Source: Octopus bimaculoides (lineage: Eukaryota). Taken from it: a stretch of DNA of 64,000 bases. Position 1 is the first letter of the stretch. Every line of letters begins with the position of its first letter. Position numbers and translations under genes: made by a program. Location of the stretch: assembly GCF_001194135.2 (NCBI RefSeq), contig NC_068984.1, forward strand, positions 58,332,234-58,396,233, in the 5' to 3' direction. The notes beneath the pieces were generated by a model. It did not search any database, was not told the DNA's origin, and saw nothing but the letters and a program-made list of their open reading frames with translations. Shown here one piece after another: positions 1 through 44,496 of this stretch.

Positions 1-477
1 CAAAATTATTTTAACCTACAAATAATTTTAAGGGTTACATATGTATGTTTGTATGTATGTATGTATGTATGTATGTATGTATGTATGTATGTGTGTGTGT
101 ATGTGTGTATGTGTGTATGTATGTATGTATGTATGTAAATATATAACACACATATTTACACATACTTAATGGGCTTCTTTGACTTTCCATGTACCAAATC
201 CATTGGTAAGAATTTAGTCAGGATGCCATGCAGTGGGGCTGAACCTAAGGCTTCATGGTTAGGAAGCAAATGTCTTAATCACACAGCCATGCCTTTACCT
301 AGTAATACATAATTTAAAAATATAGATGTGCATTTAAATGAATTCAATTCATGATGATACTCTTAAATCATGAGTGATCTTATGTGCTACGTGTTTGATT
401 CTTATTCAGACAGAAACATAAGGACTCTATTGCATGATAAATCTGTGTCATTACATGAATAATTCCTCAGGAAACTA

Positions 478-1739
478 CAGGGGTTGGACAAAATAATGGA
501 AACAGCTAGCATCATGGCATCATAATTTTGAAGTATCTATAAAACTGTCAAAAGCTTGTTTATTTTTATGTTTTTTGATTTATTATGAGTGTTGCTTAAT
601 ATGTTTTGCTAAAATTGCTGTTTCTTTTCAGATATCATCAGAAAAAGGTATTTAAAATTCATTAAAATGACAGATCTATAAGCCTTGCAAAGAGATCAAA
701 TTGTTGGTGTTCATATGGCAGGCGCTAGCATAATGAAAACAGCCAAAATATTTGGTGTAACAAGAAGTACTGTCTCGAAAGTAATGATAGCCTTTGAGAA
801 AGAGGGAAAAACCTCCTTGTCAAAAGAAAACTCTGGAAGAAAACCAAAACTTACAGATAGGGACCGTCGGACTCTTACGAGAATTGTTAGAAAGGATCAC
901 AAATGTACAGCTCCCAAAATTATTGCAGAGCTTAATGAATACCTCAAGAACCCAGTTTTTACAAAAACTGTTCAACGGAAGCTGCCCAAAGCTGGATTTC
1001 ATGGCAGAAAACCACTACTTTCAAAAATGAACGTTGTAAAGTGTTTAGAGTGGAGTAAGAACTTTCAGAATTGGTCCCTAGAGGAGTGGAAGAATGTTAT
1101 TTTCTCAGACGAGTCATCCATTACCTTATTTCTGACCACTGGCCGAATTTATGTGTGGAGACTGCCAAAAGAAGCATTTGACTCAGACTGCCTTCTTCCA
1201 GCTGTTAAACATGGAGGAGGATCTGCGATGATCTGGTGGGGCTATATCTTGGAAATCCACCAGCCCAATGGTTTCCCTTCATGGCAGAATTAATAGTCAA
1301 CGCTATTTGAGCATTTTATCGGATCAAGTTCATCCTATAGCTGCAGAACTGATTCTGGAGGGAAACGCAATCTTTCAGGATGATAATGCCCCAAGTCATA
1401 CAGCTAAAGTTGTTAATGAATGGCACGAGGAACATTCTAGTGAAGTTGAACATCTTATCTGGCCACCACAGTACCCAGATCTCAATATTATTGAATAGTT
1501 ATGGTGCATTTTAGAAAAACAAGTAATGAGTCAATATCCTCCACCATCATCACTACAAGAACTGGAGACTGTTTTAGCTGAAGAATGGACAAAAATTCCT
1601 TTGGAAACAATACAAACTTTGTACGAGTCCATACCTTGTAGAATTCAAGCTGTAATTACTGCCAAAGGCGGTCCTATTCTATATTAAAATAAATTTGTTT
1701 GAAATTTTAAAGTGTTTCCATTATTTTGTCCAACCCCTG
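478..1739 (+). mobile_element. Full-length Tc1-superfamily transposon with DD36E spacing (Incomer-like); transposase disrupted
   Basis: Perfect 27-bp TIRs (478-504, 1713-1739) and TA target duplication (476-477, 1740-1741). Transposase 667-1687 has FSDES, QDDNAP and PDLNIIE motifs; lesions are TAA at 679, a +1 frameshift near 1236 and TAG at 1496. Confidence 0.93.
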
Positions 1740-1789
1740 TATATTGGCAATTAACTATTTATATGGCATAGAGGCTATTCTCAGTTTTG

Positions 1790-2700
1790 AGGTGGACAAT
1801 GTCACATGTCAGTCACCATAGTGATGAGCAGTGACCAAAGTATAGCTGATTTGTTGCACTGACAGCATCATGCGGTAGTCACCAGGACTAGATTTAATCA
1901 ACCTTACTCTGTGACTTAGTCCAGGTAACTCAGTTTCTTCAGGATCAGGCTGGAGATCGATTTTCAATCTCCAGCTGGAAAAGCCAACCATCAGATCAAA
2001 ATTAAATAGTGAGTTGGCACTAATATCAGTAGCATGACACAACTGAGCACCAATTTATGGAAGTGATTACACTATACCAGGGGATCCTGACCCAAATCTA
2101 ATAACTTTCTATAGGAATATTCATTGATTCATCCTAATAGGATTACACAGGTACTGTGATAGAGAGGTTACTTCAATCAGTGTAACTCTTTAACTTCAAT
2201 ATGCTCATAGTGATCCTGATATCTTTCCATCACTGTCATGACTCAAACCAGTGTAATGAAATGTGTCCCTTTTGAAAGAAATGAAAGAGCAGATATTCCA
2301 CTCTGTCCAAATACAATGCTCAGGCATTATGGAAGTGACATAAGTATTTGCTGATTTTCTTCTTGACCTTTTGTCAAGAGCTTCTTCTCAACTCATATTT
2401 GCCTGAGCTGGCCAAGCTATCCTACTTGTAACCTTATCTTAGTTCCTATCCATCTGGAGATCTAGATCAAATCAGATCCTAAGCAATTTAACTGGTCCAT
2501 CTGGTACCTACTGATGTTGTTTGGCAATGTAGACCTGTTCCTTTACTATGATGCCAACAATCTTAATTTCCATAATATCTTTATTCATGGACACAGAACT
2601 GCATTTCAGTTCAGTTGGAATGCCTCTATCTTAAACTCACTCTCCACTTCAATTATCATTATAAATTTGTGATATGCATGCTTTTCCTAAAGGTATTAAC
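1790..2700 (-). mobile_element. Highly decayed LTR-retrotransposon pol-like remnant
   Basis: Fragmentary RT-like words (LQPDPEETE, LIKSSPGDYR) on the - strand with many stops. Confidence 0.3.
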
Positions 2701-2819
2701 TTTCTCAAGTAATAAAGCAATAAGCTGGAACTGATCCTGGATTATTCTACTTATCTAATTTTTTTCCACCACTTGCAAGTCTCTAGTGGAACAATAATAA
2801 TAAATTTTTGTTTATGTAG

Positions 2820-33595
<30,776 letters not shown>

Positions 33596-33606
33596 CCATA
33601 TATTTA

Positions 33607-33612
33607 AATAAA
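33607..33612 (+). terminator. Candidate polyadenylation signal of PKD1L (a second AATAAA lies at 33966-33971)
   Basis: AATAAA hexamers downstream of the stop; the site actually used is unknown. Confidence 0.4.
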
Positions 33613-34194
33613 AGTAGCAATATTTACTGCAAACCAAAGACTCTTGAGTTGTTTGTATATTTAAATTGTCCAAACCATTCTAATTAGTATTACAATTACA
33701 TAGTCTGTAATTAGAAAAAGTAGCATTACAGTCAATGCCAGAGGCTTGTGAATGGTATTTTATTTGGCAAACTGCAATTGTTGTATCTACACTCAATTAA
33801 GGTCAAATTCAAGAGAAAGACTATACTTTAAATATCCCACAATTCTACTGACAAAAATCACAATAGTGAAAGACTTATCTGTACATAATAATGTGCCATT
33901 TAAATATATCAACACACCGACCATGTAAAATATCTTTACAGATACAAAATAGAAAGAATGAATCAAATAAAATTTGAATGTTAACTGTATAATAAATAAT
34001 AATAAAAAAATTGTAATATATAACCTTGATTTACATTTCTGGAACATAATTTTGTTTTGCTTACTAGTTTGATTAAGGAAGTATTTCAAAGACTTTTTTC
34101 TTTTACTGATTTTTGTTCTCTAAACTATAATTTTTTGTTTCATTTTAACTGTTCTTAAAGTTTTCTCATTCAGTTAAAGAAACATTCCATGTAC

Positions 34195-34251
<57 letters not shown>

Positions 34252-34568
34252 CATGCTATATGAAAAGTTGCATATAGAAGACAAAAATTACATTCACAAA
34301 TTACACAGACCAACAATAGTAACAAACTGTAAGCTAATTTCAGCAATGTTCTCATATACAGGTTTAAACAATTTATATGTCAACAACAAAATCATGATCG
34401 TAAAACATCACATAGTTCTATCAAGCAATGTACTATAGCAATAAATATGCAAATATAATTTTGTGCTGTTGTTTTGTTGTTATTTTTTAAAATCAAATTT
34501 AATGAATTTAAGTAGTAGTGATATGTCATCTGTTAGAAATTGCCTATTATAAATATAAAAGAGACATA

Positions 34569-35601
34569 CAGGGTGTTCAGGCTAAATTTAACAGTTTGCA
34601 TAAAAGAAAAAGAAAACACAATAATCCAAGTATTTTAAAAAATGAAAAAAATACCATCAGTATTATGGCTGGAAGATAAGTTTACATCATGGTTTCAAGA
34701 TGTCTCTGGAACATGACACATGCATTTCTCACTGTGTTCCTGGGAAGACATTCAAACACCTCCTTGATCTTAGCCATCAGGTCAGTCTTGGTGTTGCAGA
34801 GAGTAGTTTGTGTATGCCCATCATTAAAGGGGTGACTGGATGACTCTGACACTCATTATTCAAAGGTGCAACCTCAGATCTTCAGTTATACACTTATTTT
34901 GAAACTCCACTTTAGTATTATTACAAATTAGTGCTGACCCAGAATAATCTAAAGCACCCCTGGGCACCAGAGTCTGGTGATAGGCTTGGGTGAGTATCTT
35001 TCTTAACCACACCCCACACATAGTAATCCATGGGATTACAATCGAGGGAATTAGGAGACCAGAAATTGGGGCTGGTGAAGTCATAGAAATTCTCCAGCAA
35101 CCATTTCTAACAGGTATGGCAAGGAGCTGAATCCTGCTACCACACATATGGCCTTCCAACAGCAACCTTCTCCAGCCAGGGACTGCAGCAGGTTCACTTA
35201 ATTGTCTGAACTGAGCTTAAAGCCTTGATCAAAGGCGTAGGGATCGATTGTGGCATGCAGATGCAGTCAGAATGCCTGTTGTGTCCCTTTTCTGCTGGCT
35301 ATAGCTTCGTTGTCTCTGTTGCAGCAGTCTATATCATGTCTTATAACCTTAACAGTGTTCACAGAGCATTGAGCAGCAGTGATGACGTCAGCATTTTCAT
35401 ACCCTGTGCCAATTATCCTGATACAGATAACTCTTTTCCAAGATTCAGATAGCTTTTGGTGCTCCATGTCAACTAATGTTTTCTCAATTACAACTTTCAT
35501 CTTTATATGCTCTCCAATGCTTTTGACTGTTCACCAATACATTAAGTTGTTCCTGAAAAAAGGAGGTATAAAATATCGTCAAATTTAGCCTGAACACCCT
35601 G
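34569..35601 (-). mobile_element. maT/DD37D-like Tc1/mariner transposon, internally deleted
   Basis: TIRs identical over the first 21 bp (CAGGGTGTTCAGGCTAAATTT), TA TSD on both sides; QDSAPCHT..FWSPNSLDCNPMDYYVWG motif with stops. Confidence 0.85.
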
Positions 35602-35906
35602 TAAATGTTAATTATATGCTACTTCCAAAATGGAAACAATTGGCAAGAAAGCATGAAATTACAGTGTAGTATTTAAACGGAATTAAGTAACAAAGAAGAA
35701 ATATTTTATTCTTAAAAGTGGAGTGTTTTCTAAATTATGTACATCCAGTATATAATATATCTATATCATATTGGCGCAGTATTGGCTTGCTTCCCAACCA
35801 CATAGTCCATAGATCAGTCCTACAGCGTGGTATCTTGAGCAAGTGTCTTCTGCTATAGCACTAGGCTGTCCAAATCCTTGTGAGTGGATTTCGTAGACGT
35901 AAGGTA

Positions 35907-35949
<43 letters not shown>

Positions 35950-36564
35950 NNNNNNNNNNNNNNNNNNNNNNNNNNNNNNNNNNNNNNNNNNNNNNNNNNN
36001 NNNNNNNNNNNNNNNNNNNNNNNNNNNNNNNNNNNNNNNNNNNNNNNNNNNNNNNNNNNNNNNNNNNNNNNNNNNNNNNNNNNNNNNNNNNNNNNNNNNN
36101 NNNNNNNNNNNNNNNNNNNGATAGATAGATAGATAGATATGGAGTGTATGTGTTTGTGTCTGTGTTTGTCTCCCAATACAGCTTGACAATCGGCGTTGGT
36201 GTGTTAATATCCCTGTAGCTTAACGCTTTGACAAAAGAGACCAATAGAATAAGTACCAGACTTAAAAACGAAAATAAGTAGTGGGGTTGATTCGTTCGAC
36301 GAAAATTCTTCAAGGTAGTGCTCCAGAATGGCTGAAGTCTAATGACTGAACAAGTAAAGCATAAAAGACCATATGCACTGAAAATACGATACCTGTTACT
36401 TGCATGAAAACATACAAATACACACATATGGACGAGTTTTATTTAAGAGAGTTCCCGATGTTTGTAAATAAGTGGTTGAGGAGATGTGTTGGTTGAGCTG
36501 ATGATGCAACACATTTTCATCTAAAGAATCTCAGATGTGTCTTTAGCATACCATACAAATCTTC

Positions 36565-38060
36565 ATTGTTGTTGTTGTTATTGTAAGAGGAGTTAAGCCA
36601 GCTCCCTATTGAGTTCACTGTGTCATGAGTCAAGTTCCATAATTGTTGTGAGCCACATCTTCAGCTGGCCACCCCTCTGCTTACGCCAACCCGAGGGAAG
36701 AACTAGTGGTGTCGCCTTCAGGATGAGTTCATCATATTGGCGCCCCAATGCGTGGGTAAATCACTGCAGTCTCCTCGTCAGAAGAGTTCCCACAAGGGGT
36801 GAGAGACCGCAATGAGTGTAAAGTTGTCAGTTTGAAATGCAGTCTGAGATACGCAGTCAGAGACGACGACGAATACAGAAGCGATCAAAAACTTTTAGCT
36901 TCTGAAGATCGGCAACACGCATTGACCAGGTCTCACAACCATAGGGAAGAACAGTTCGGATAAGTACCTGGTAAATACGGCATTTTGTCACGTGGTGGAT
37001 TTCTTAGCATGACCACAAGCACTTATGGAGGTGGTAGAAGATCGACCATGCACGATTGATCCAAATGGAGTTCTTGTCCTTCTCCTGACCAGTGGTGGTT
37101 AAGGTGGATATGAGACATTTGAACTCCTTAACCGCTTCCTCAGCCTCTCCATCAAGATGAATAGGGACCTTGGAAGATGACTGAGAAGACTTTCGTTTTC
37201 AAGGCGTTGATCTTCATTCCAATTCTTGCAGCGGTGAGGTTTATGCTATCAAGAACATGTTGGATATTGCCATAGGACTTCCCTAGGGTGGCAACATTGT
37301 CGGCAAAGTAAAGGTCAGTGACCAAGAAATTGCTTCCTATCCTGGCCCCAGAGAGACCATCTAGACCAGAGCTGGTCAACCTGAGGCCCGCAGGCCGTAT
37401 GTGGCCTGCAGACTTTATTTTGTGGCCTGCTTGATACTTTCTTTGAAATGGATTTATTTAAACAAATATTTTTAAAATTTTATCAAAAATTAAAGATTGT
37501 AATGAAAAGTAAACAAAAAAGATACTACTGTTTTTGCAATGATAATATTTCATGTTGAATCAACGATCATTCATTCATTATTGTAATAATAGCATGAGAA
37601 AGCAAAATTCTTTCAATTCTGTCAGTATACAAGCGACCCTAAAAAAACTTTATGTGATTAAAGTGGACCGCAATGTAATTCAAGTTGGCCAGGCATGATC
37701 TGAACCTTGGCTGAATAGCCAATCGATGACGAAATTGAAAAGAACGGGCGATAGGACATAATCTTGGCGAACACCTGTTTGAACGGTGAAGAAATTGGAT
37801 TCCTCTCCATAGGACAGTACTCTGGTTCATGTATGGGTATAATATGCACGGATAAGGTTGAGGAGCTTGGTTGGAAAACCGTCTTACCTCATGACCTTCC
37901 ATAAGCTGGTAGGATCCAACAAATTAAAGGCTGCTGCAATGTCGACAAAGCACATCACGGTGGCCTGTTGATAGCACCAGCATTGTTCCAGGATTTGTAT
38001 TTCATAAGACTTCTATGAAATCTTCACTGTGTCGCTAATAGATTGGATTTAGAGAGTCCG
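36565..38060 (-). mobile_element. RTE-clade LINE 3' half with (CAA)n tail, interrupted by a hAT MITE
   Basis: MCFVDIAAAF, GVRQDYVLSPVLFNFVID, DLYFADN, GMKINALKTK motifs; tail at about 36565-36580. Confidence 0.85.
37367..37697. mobile_element. hAT (Charlie-like) MITE nested in the RTE
   Basis: Ends CAGAGCTGGTCAAC and GTTGGCCAGGCATG; degenerate 8-bp TSD ATCTAGAC/ATCTGAAC. Confidence 0.7.
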
Positions 38061-39288
38061 CGTCAGTTTCTTTCGCTCTTTCTTCAAAAAAAAAAAAAAG
38101 TATTTCTAGGTTTTTGTGTAAATTTGCAGCCTAATGCATCTATAATGATAAGAACAAATGAGAATTTATAGTCGGATACAAGCGGTGTGAATTCCGCATT
38201 AATTCATAATAAATGTTCTCTTATTCCAGGACTTTTGATGGTGGATTTACATCTGTTAGGCAGTATGTATGTATGCATCAGTCAGAAAGAAAGACAATAC
38301 CTACGACTAGCTAAAGGGCCTCCAAAAACTGGTTGGAAGTTATCCATAAACCAGAAACCTGGACAGAATGCTTGCAAAAGAGCGTACTTTGATAATAGTG
38401 ACAAAGCAGGTGACGTGATGAGTTTACCACTCAAGTACACCTCAAGAAGACTTCAACTCAAAACAGAAAGAACCGGAACAAATTTCAGCCTTCTTACAGT
38501 AACAGCACTCTTCCGTTTCTTTATGTTTTGAAGAGAGCAGAAATTAAAAGAGAGGAGAAAGTGAAAAAGCAACATTTGCTTTGAGGTGAGAGCAGAAAGT
38601 GAAAGGTGTATGTACATGTATATGAAATGGACGTGTGTGCGTGAGAGAGAGAGAGAGAGNNNNNNNNNNATATGAAATGGACGTGTGTGCGTGAGAGAGA
38701 GAGAGAGAGAGAAAGAGAGAGTAAGTGAAGGTGTGTGTTGTCATGTATTTTCCGCATGTATGTGTAAGTGGCACTCATTCATTCTCTCTCTCTCTCTCTT
38801 TCTCATACACACACATTATCTTTCATATACATGTATATAAGCATATATGCGTACATCTTTTTTGTATGTGTGCGTATGTTTGTGAGAGAGAGAGAATGAG
38901 TGGCTGTATTTCCTCATAACATATAGAGAAATGGATGTCTTTTGGTGAAATCTTTTTGGTTTTGGTTTATTTTAATACAATACTTATGAGTACATTTTCA
39001 TAAATGTTTGTTTGAGTTGAATTCTACGCAGGCGTGAAGCATCAGACGAAAGTGAAACATTAGAGGAACATCGAAATATTACTCCAAAATGATCTCAAAA
39101 TTGTGCGACCCTACCTCGTTTCAGAGGTCATTTTAGTAGAAAACAAGAGTTGTGCCAAAAACATAGTTTAATAAGTAGACAGATAATAAGCAGCTTTCTT
39201 TATTATAGTACAGATGTGACTAATTCATGCAATTCCAGCCAGCCGTTTGATCATGAATCCCAAGACAAGAAAGAATTGCTCATGTCAA

Positions 39289-39295
<7 letters not shown>

Positions 39296-39343
<48 letters not shown>

Positions 39344-39480
39344 TATACATACATATATATATACATACATATATATATACATACATATATACACATATAT
39401 ATACATATATATATACATATACATATATATAATTACATATATACATATATATATATACATATATACATATATACATACAT

Positions 39481-39567
<87 letters not shown>

Positions 39568-39610
39568 TAGATAGATAGATATATATACATACACATATAT
39601 ATACATATAA
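39296..39610. repeat. Compound (TA)/(TACA)/(GA)/(GATA) microsatellite
   Basis: Seen directly. Confidence 0.97.
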
Positions 39611-40047
39611 CTTTAAATAATTTGTGAAAACGTATTTCCAAATCAATTAGGTAGAACCCTTTAGCATTATGTGTACCTGCACATTGTACAGTAGGGTCTA
39701 GTTATCTATGTGTATCTGCATATTGTACAGTGGGGTCTAGGTATCTAGAAATATACAAAATATATAATAGAAATCAATAATAATTAGGTTTTGGGGATTA
39801 ATAGATATGTGGGTATTCTATTTCAGATAATACAAAAAAAACCTAATGAGTATACCTGAAGGTAAACTCGTGGTATCTATTTGCACATCACGAAATAATA
39901 CTTTAAAGGATATAACCAGTATACCAGCAGGGTATAAAATATACTTCTTTAATTGTCTCCTACTTAAGTTAAAATTAAAATCATCAATTATGAAGGAACT
40001 ACGTGTGTTTCAGTATTGGAAGATTATAATATCTGTACACACACACA

Positions 40048-40111
<64 letters not shown>

Positions 40112-40399
40112 ACACACATATATGCACTCATTAGATTTTTAATTATTCCAACACATCTTCAGGTTCTTTTTCAAAATATTTTAAATCTAATTTTAAATCA
40201 CCTTAAAATTAAGCATTAAATTAAACAATAAATTAAACATTAAAAATTAAAAATTATACTGTATAAAATTAAGAATTAAAAATTATAAATTATACATTAT
40301 AATTATGAATTAGTATACATATATTAAACTTATAAAGTCAAGTATATAATGTCAAATACAGAAGGTAAGATATAAAATTATGCATCAGAATAAAAATGC

Positions 40400-42155
40400 C
40401 TGTGATTAAATGTGAAGAATAACATGAAAAAAGCTGATACCTATCGTCCTTTTATGGAACCAAGATGTCTTTCAAAATGGTGATTAGAGGAATGAAACAC
40501 TGGAATTCTACCCATGACATTATTAAATCGTTTAATAATATTCAGGATAAGAATATATGTAAATTCCTTCAAATTGATATAGAGAATTATTATTCATCTA
40601 TCAATGAAGTGATTTTAAATAAGGCCCTATCATATGTCATGAGAAAGGTAAATATGTCATTTGAAGAAGTCACAGCGGTGTTGGCTGCAAGGAAGTCTAT
40701 TATAAAATATAAAGATAAACTACGAGCAAGAAAAGACACAGGAGATTGTTTTGATATGCCCATGGGTGCCCCCGATTCTCCCAGGTTACCCATCTAGTAG
40801 GATTATATCTTTTATCTAAACTAGAGATAGAATTTATGGATATAGAGGGTGGTCTTTATAGGAACGACCTACTACTTATAACCAGGAACTGCACTGATTG
40901 GTCAATAGAATGCCTTATGAAGAGAATGTATGGCCAAGGGATATCTATAGAGAATGAACACTATGCAGTAAATTATCTGGATATCAACCTTAATCTAGTC
41001 ACTAATAAGATCCATCCATTCCATAAGTTGAATGAAATGTAAAGTATATTAGTTCTTTAAGTAACCATCCTAGATCAGTGAAAGAAGCTTTAATAGATAA
41101 TATAGGCAAAAGAATATCTATGCTATCCTCAGATTATGACACCTTTAATAAACAAGCCCCATATTATAATAAGGCATTAAATGAAGCAGGATATAACTCT
41201 AATGTAAAGTTCTTTAATTATTACAAACACCTTAATAATATAACTGGTAATCCTAATAATGATTTTAACAGTAAAAATATGAATAATAGTAAAAGACAAT
41301 ATAAGAAACTAAATAAAGATAAAAACAATATAGTTATTAATAATAATATCATAATAATAATAGTTATTAATAATAATATAATAATAGTAATATTAATAAT
41401 AAGATAATATGATCAATAGTAAGAAACATAGTGATTTATACAAGCGGAGATATAATACACCTAAAAATAATACTTTAATACTGATGGTATCTAATAATGT
41501 TAATACAAAAAATATACAAAATAAAAAGGTTATTATATGGTTAATTATTCCGTATGGGGCTCAAGTGACGACTAATATTATTAAGGAGACACTTAAAATT
41601 GTAAAAATGTCTTTTAAAAAAGACAACATTTATTCAAATATATTTTCTAATAAAACCATAAGAGTGGGCTACTCAAAATCGAGGAATGTAGGTAATATCA
41701 TTTCCCCTATAAATAATAAGAAATTAAATAATTATTATAATAGCACAATAAATGATAACTCTAGCCATAACATAACCGGGGAGTCAAAATGTTCATGTCG
41801 GGATAAGACTACATGTAAGCTCTCTAATAATTGTAATACTGATAATGTAATTTATAAATGTTTAGTAAGCTCTAAGAACAATAATAATAAAGTTATAAAT
41901 AAAGTTAACATAGGATCTACAGCTAATGAAATTTAAAAAAAAGTATCTCCCAACAGTACCAGACTTTCAAACATCCTAATTTAAGTAGGTCCACAGGTTT
42001 AGTAAATATATATGGGAATTAAAATCTAGACAAAGAGATTACACCATTGGTTGGAGTATAATAGGTAGAACCCACTCTTATAATATTGGGAACAAAATGT
42101 GTTTATGTATAACAGAATTTATAAAATTGCTACAGTCTAGAGATCAATTACTAAA
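40400..42155 (+). mobile_element. Second Penelope-like lineage (Naiad-like), RT plus CxCx5Cx5C linker plus GIY-YIG; degenerate
   Basis: KFLQIDIENYYSSI, CFDMPMGAPDS, GGLYRNDLL, VNYLDINLNL, CSCRDKTTCKLSNNC..NVIYKCLV..NIGSTANE; frameshifted; clade name is inferred. Confidence 0.8.
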
Positions 42156-42369
42156 CACAAACACACACACACACACACATACACACACAAACATGTTTAC
42201 ACCAACTTCTGTATGTATACACCAAGAGATTTTCGTATGCGGGCATGGTTGCGTGCATATATGTACATGTGTATATGTGTGTATATTTATGTCTTACATA
42301 TATATGCCTGTATATGTATGTAGTCTGTGTGCATGCATCTGTGTATTTTTATGTATATATGTATATTAA

Positions 42370-42679
42370 AGATGGTCTGGTATGCGTATATACTGTTGTA
42401 AAATATTTATGTAATGCAGCGTGAAAATTTAAATTTAAATTTTAATGTATTAAGTGAATTATATTTCGTATATATTTCGTTTTTGGATTTGGTTTGCAAG
42501 ATTTTTTATGTGATTTCGTGTGTTGAAGCATATTCTGTTGTGTCTGGGGAGAGTCATTTTCTTATTGTGCCTTAAAATTTAACACACTCACCGGTAAAAT
42601 TTCCACTTATTTCTTATTTTTATTTTCCTAAAATTTTCGTTGCGTCTTGCAACCTTTTCAATTGCAAGACGCAACGAAA
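42370..42679. repeat. Terminal-repeat-like segment ending in a perfect 18-bp inversion junction
   Basis: 42635-42652 and 42662-42679 are exact reverse complements. Confidence 0.6.
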
Positions 42680-43375
42680 NNNNNNNNNNNNNNNNNNNNN
42701 NNNNNNNNNNNNNNNNNNNNNNNNNNNNNNNNNNNNNNNNNNNNNNNNNNNNNNNNNNNNNNNNNNNNNNNNNNNNNNNNNNNNNNNNNNNNNNNNNNNN
42801 NNNNNNNNNNNNNNNNNNNNNNNNNNNNNNNNNNNNNNNNNNNNNNNNNNNNNNNNNNNNNNNNNNNNNNNNNNNNNNNNNNNNNNNNNNNNNNNNNNNN
42901 NNNNNNNNNNNNNNNNNNNNNNNNNNNNNNNNNNNNNNNNNNNNNNNNNNNNNNNNNNNNNNNNNNNNNNNNNNNNNNNNNNNNNNNNNNNNNNNNNNNN
43001 NNNNNNNNNNNNNNNNNNNNNNNNNNNNNNNNNNNNNNNNNNNNNNNNNNNNNNNNNNNNNNNNNNNNNNNNNNNNNNNNNNNNNNNNNNNNNNNNNNNN
43101 NNNNNNNNNNNNNNNNNNNNNNNNNNNNNNNNNNNNNNNNNNNNNNNNNATTATAATTTTTCAATACTGAAACACGTGTAGTTCCTTCATAATTGGTGAT
43201 TTTAATTTGGTGTGGGAAGGATGGGAGGAGGAAAAGTTGAGGTAGAGGTGGAAGTCCGTGGGTTTGGAGAAAGCGGAGGTGGTGAGAGAGTGGGAGGCGA
43301 GATTCATTCTCCAAGCACTAAAATGGCACGAGACAAGAAAACAGTTCACAGATAAAAATGACAGCTTAGCATATT

Positions 43376-43611
43376 TTTTAATTTCTTTATTGCCCACAGG
43401 AGGCTAAACACAGAGGGGACAAACAAGGACAGACAAAGGGATTAAGTCGATCACATTGACCCCAGTGCGTAACTGGTACTTATTTAATCGACCCTGAAAG
43501 GATGAAAGGCAAAGTCGACCTCGGCGGAATTTGAACTCAGAACATAACGGCAGACGAAATACCGCTAAGCATTTCGTCCAGCGTGCTAACCTTTCTGTAA
43601 GCTTGCCGCCC
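43376..43611 (-). mobile_element. SINE family A with 17-bp TSD
   Basis: TGACAGCT(T/G)AGCATATT at 43359-43375 and 43612-43628. Confidence 0.9.
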
Positions 43612-44253
43612 TGACAGCTGAGCATATTAAGAGTTAAGTTTCATTTGAACGGGTTTCTTTCAGTCTTACATGTTATAGATACATCACATGGAAATGATAT
43701 CTTCGACTCTTCCCATTCCAAATAAGTATCTAAATTTGTCTTAGACTTAGCTTTCCTAATCTATATATACAAATAGCGTGAATAACTACGCACATGACAT
43801 CGTCATATCAACTGTGTACACAATGCACGCGAATACTTCTGCAAGATAGACATCATCATTATTTATTTCTTATTTATAGAACAGCCTATTTTTATTTTTC
43901 TCCAAGGTAAGAATTCGAACTAAGAATTCAAATTCGTTAAACACTCTATAAATTATACAGTATTCCACCGGTGGTAAACAATATCTACCAGTGAATATAT
44001 AAAATAAACTGAACCCGAGGGACACGATGGTGTTCTGCACGGGTAAACATTGTTTGGTGAAAATCGAAAATATGGATAATTTCGTATGTTACATTTAGTG
44101 AGTTAGTTCTTTGTCTTACTACCCTATCAGTGATATTTATTTACATGGTTGGGACAAAGAAAAGTGTCGGTAATTGAATAATAAGATGTTCGAACACTAT
44201 GTTTAATACAGAAAAGAATTTGGTTAGCTGTCGACTCTGAAATGATGCTGTAC

Positions 44254-44480
44254 CGTACACTCAAGTGAAATTCCTCTCCCCTTTATTATATATATGGGCA
44301 TTCGAACGTAGCAGTTAACAGCTAATCTTTCGCCGGTATTTGGACCCCATTGTGTCCACTACTCTGATTGGTTGGTATTGGTGCAATTTGTCTCTCTGTC
44401 GCGCCAATATGCATCGTTTAACCAATCGTGAGACAGCCTGTTATCAACCCCGTTTGAACCTACTGTTCTTTATATAAACC
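44254..44480. promoter_or_regulatory. CCAAT/TATA core-promoter-like module, partly duplicated at 46727-46843
   Basis: Minus-strand CCAAT pair plus TATATATAATAAAGGG; plus-strand CCAAT pair plus TATATAAA at about 44472. Confidence 0.35.
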
Positions 44481-44496
44481 TAGCATTTCCTCGTTC

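Noticed and set aside
38110-38560. 114-aa ORF and splice-like signals on both strands
   Set aside because: No recognisable motif and no phase-consistent multi-exon frame could be built.
38619-38710. Duplicated 40-bp segment with a GA tract
   Set aside because: It also straddles a 10-N gap, so it is probably an assembly artefact.
39150-39646. Long YI/VC/TH-repeat ORFs here and at other microsatellites
   Set aside because: Translations of dinucleotide repeats, which lack stops in some frames.
39668-39745. 39-bp repeats here and at 46501-46578 as possible CRISPR-like arrays
   Set aside because: Only two adjacent units with no spacers, in eukaryotic TE context.
39840-39900. CTAATGAG..CACGAAA as a possible third hammerhead
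   Set aside because: The core is mutated and GAAA does not follow the putative stem II; stems I and III cannot be drawn.
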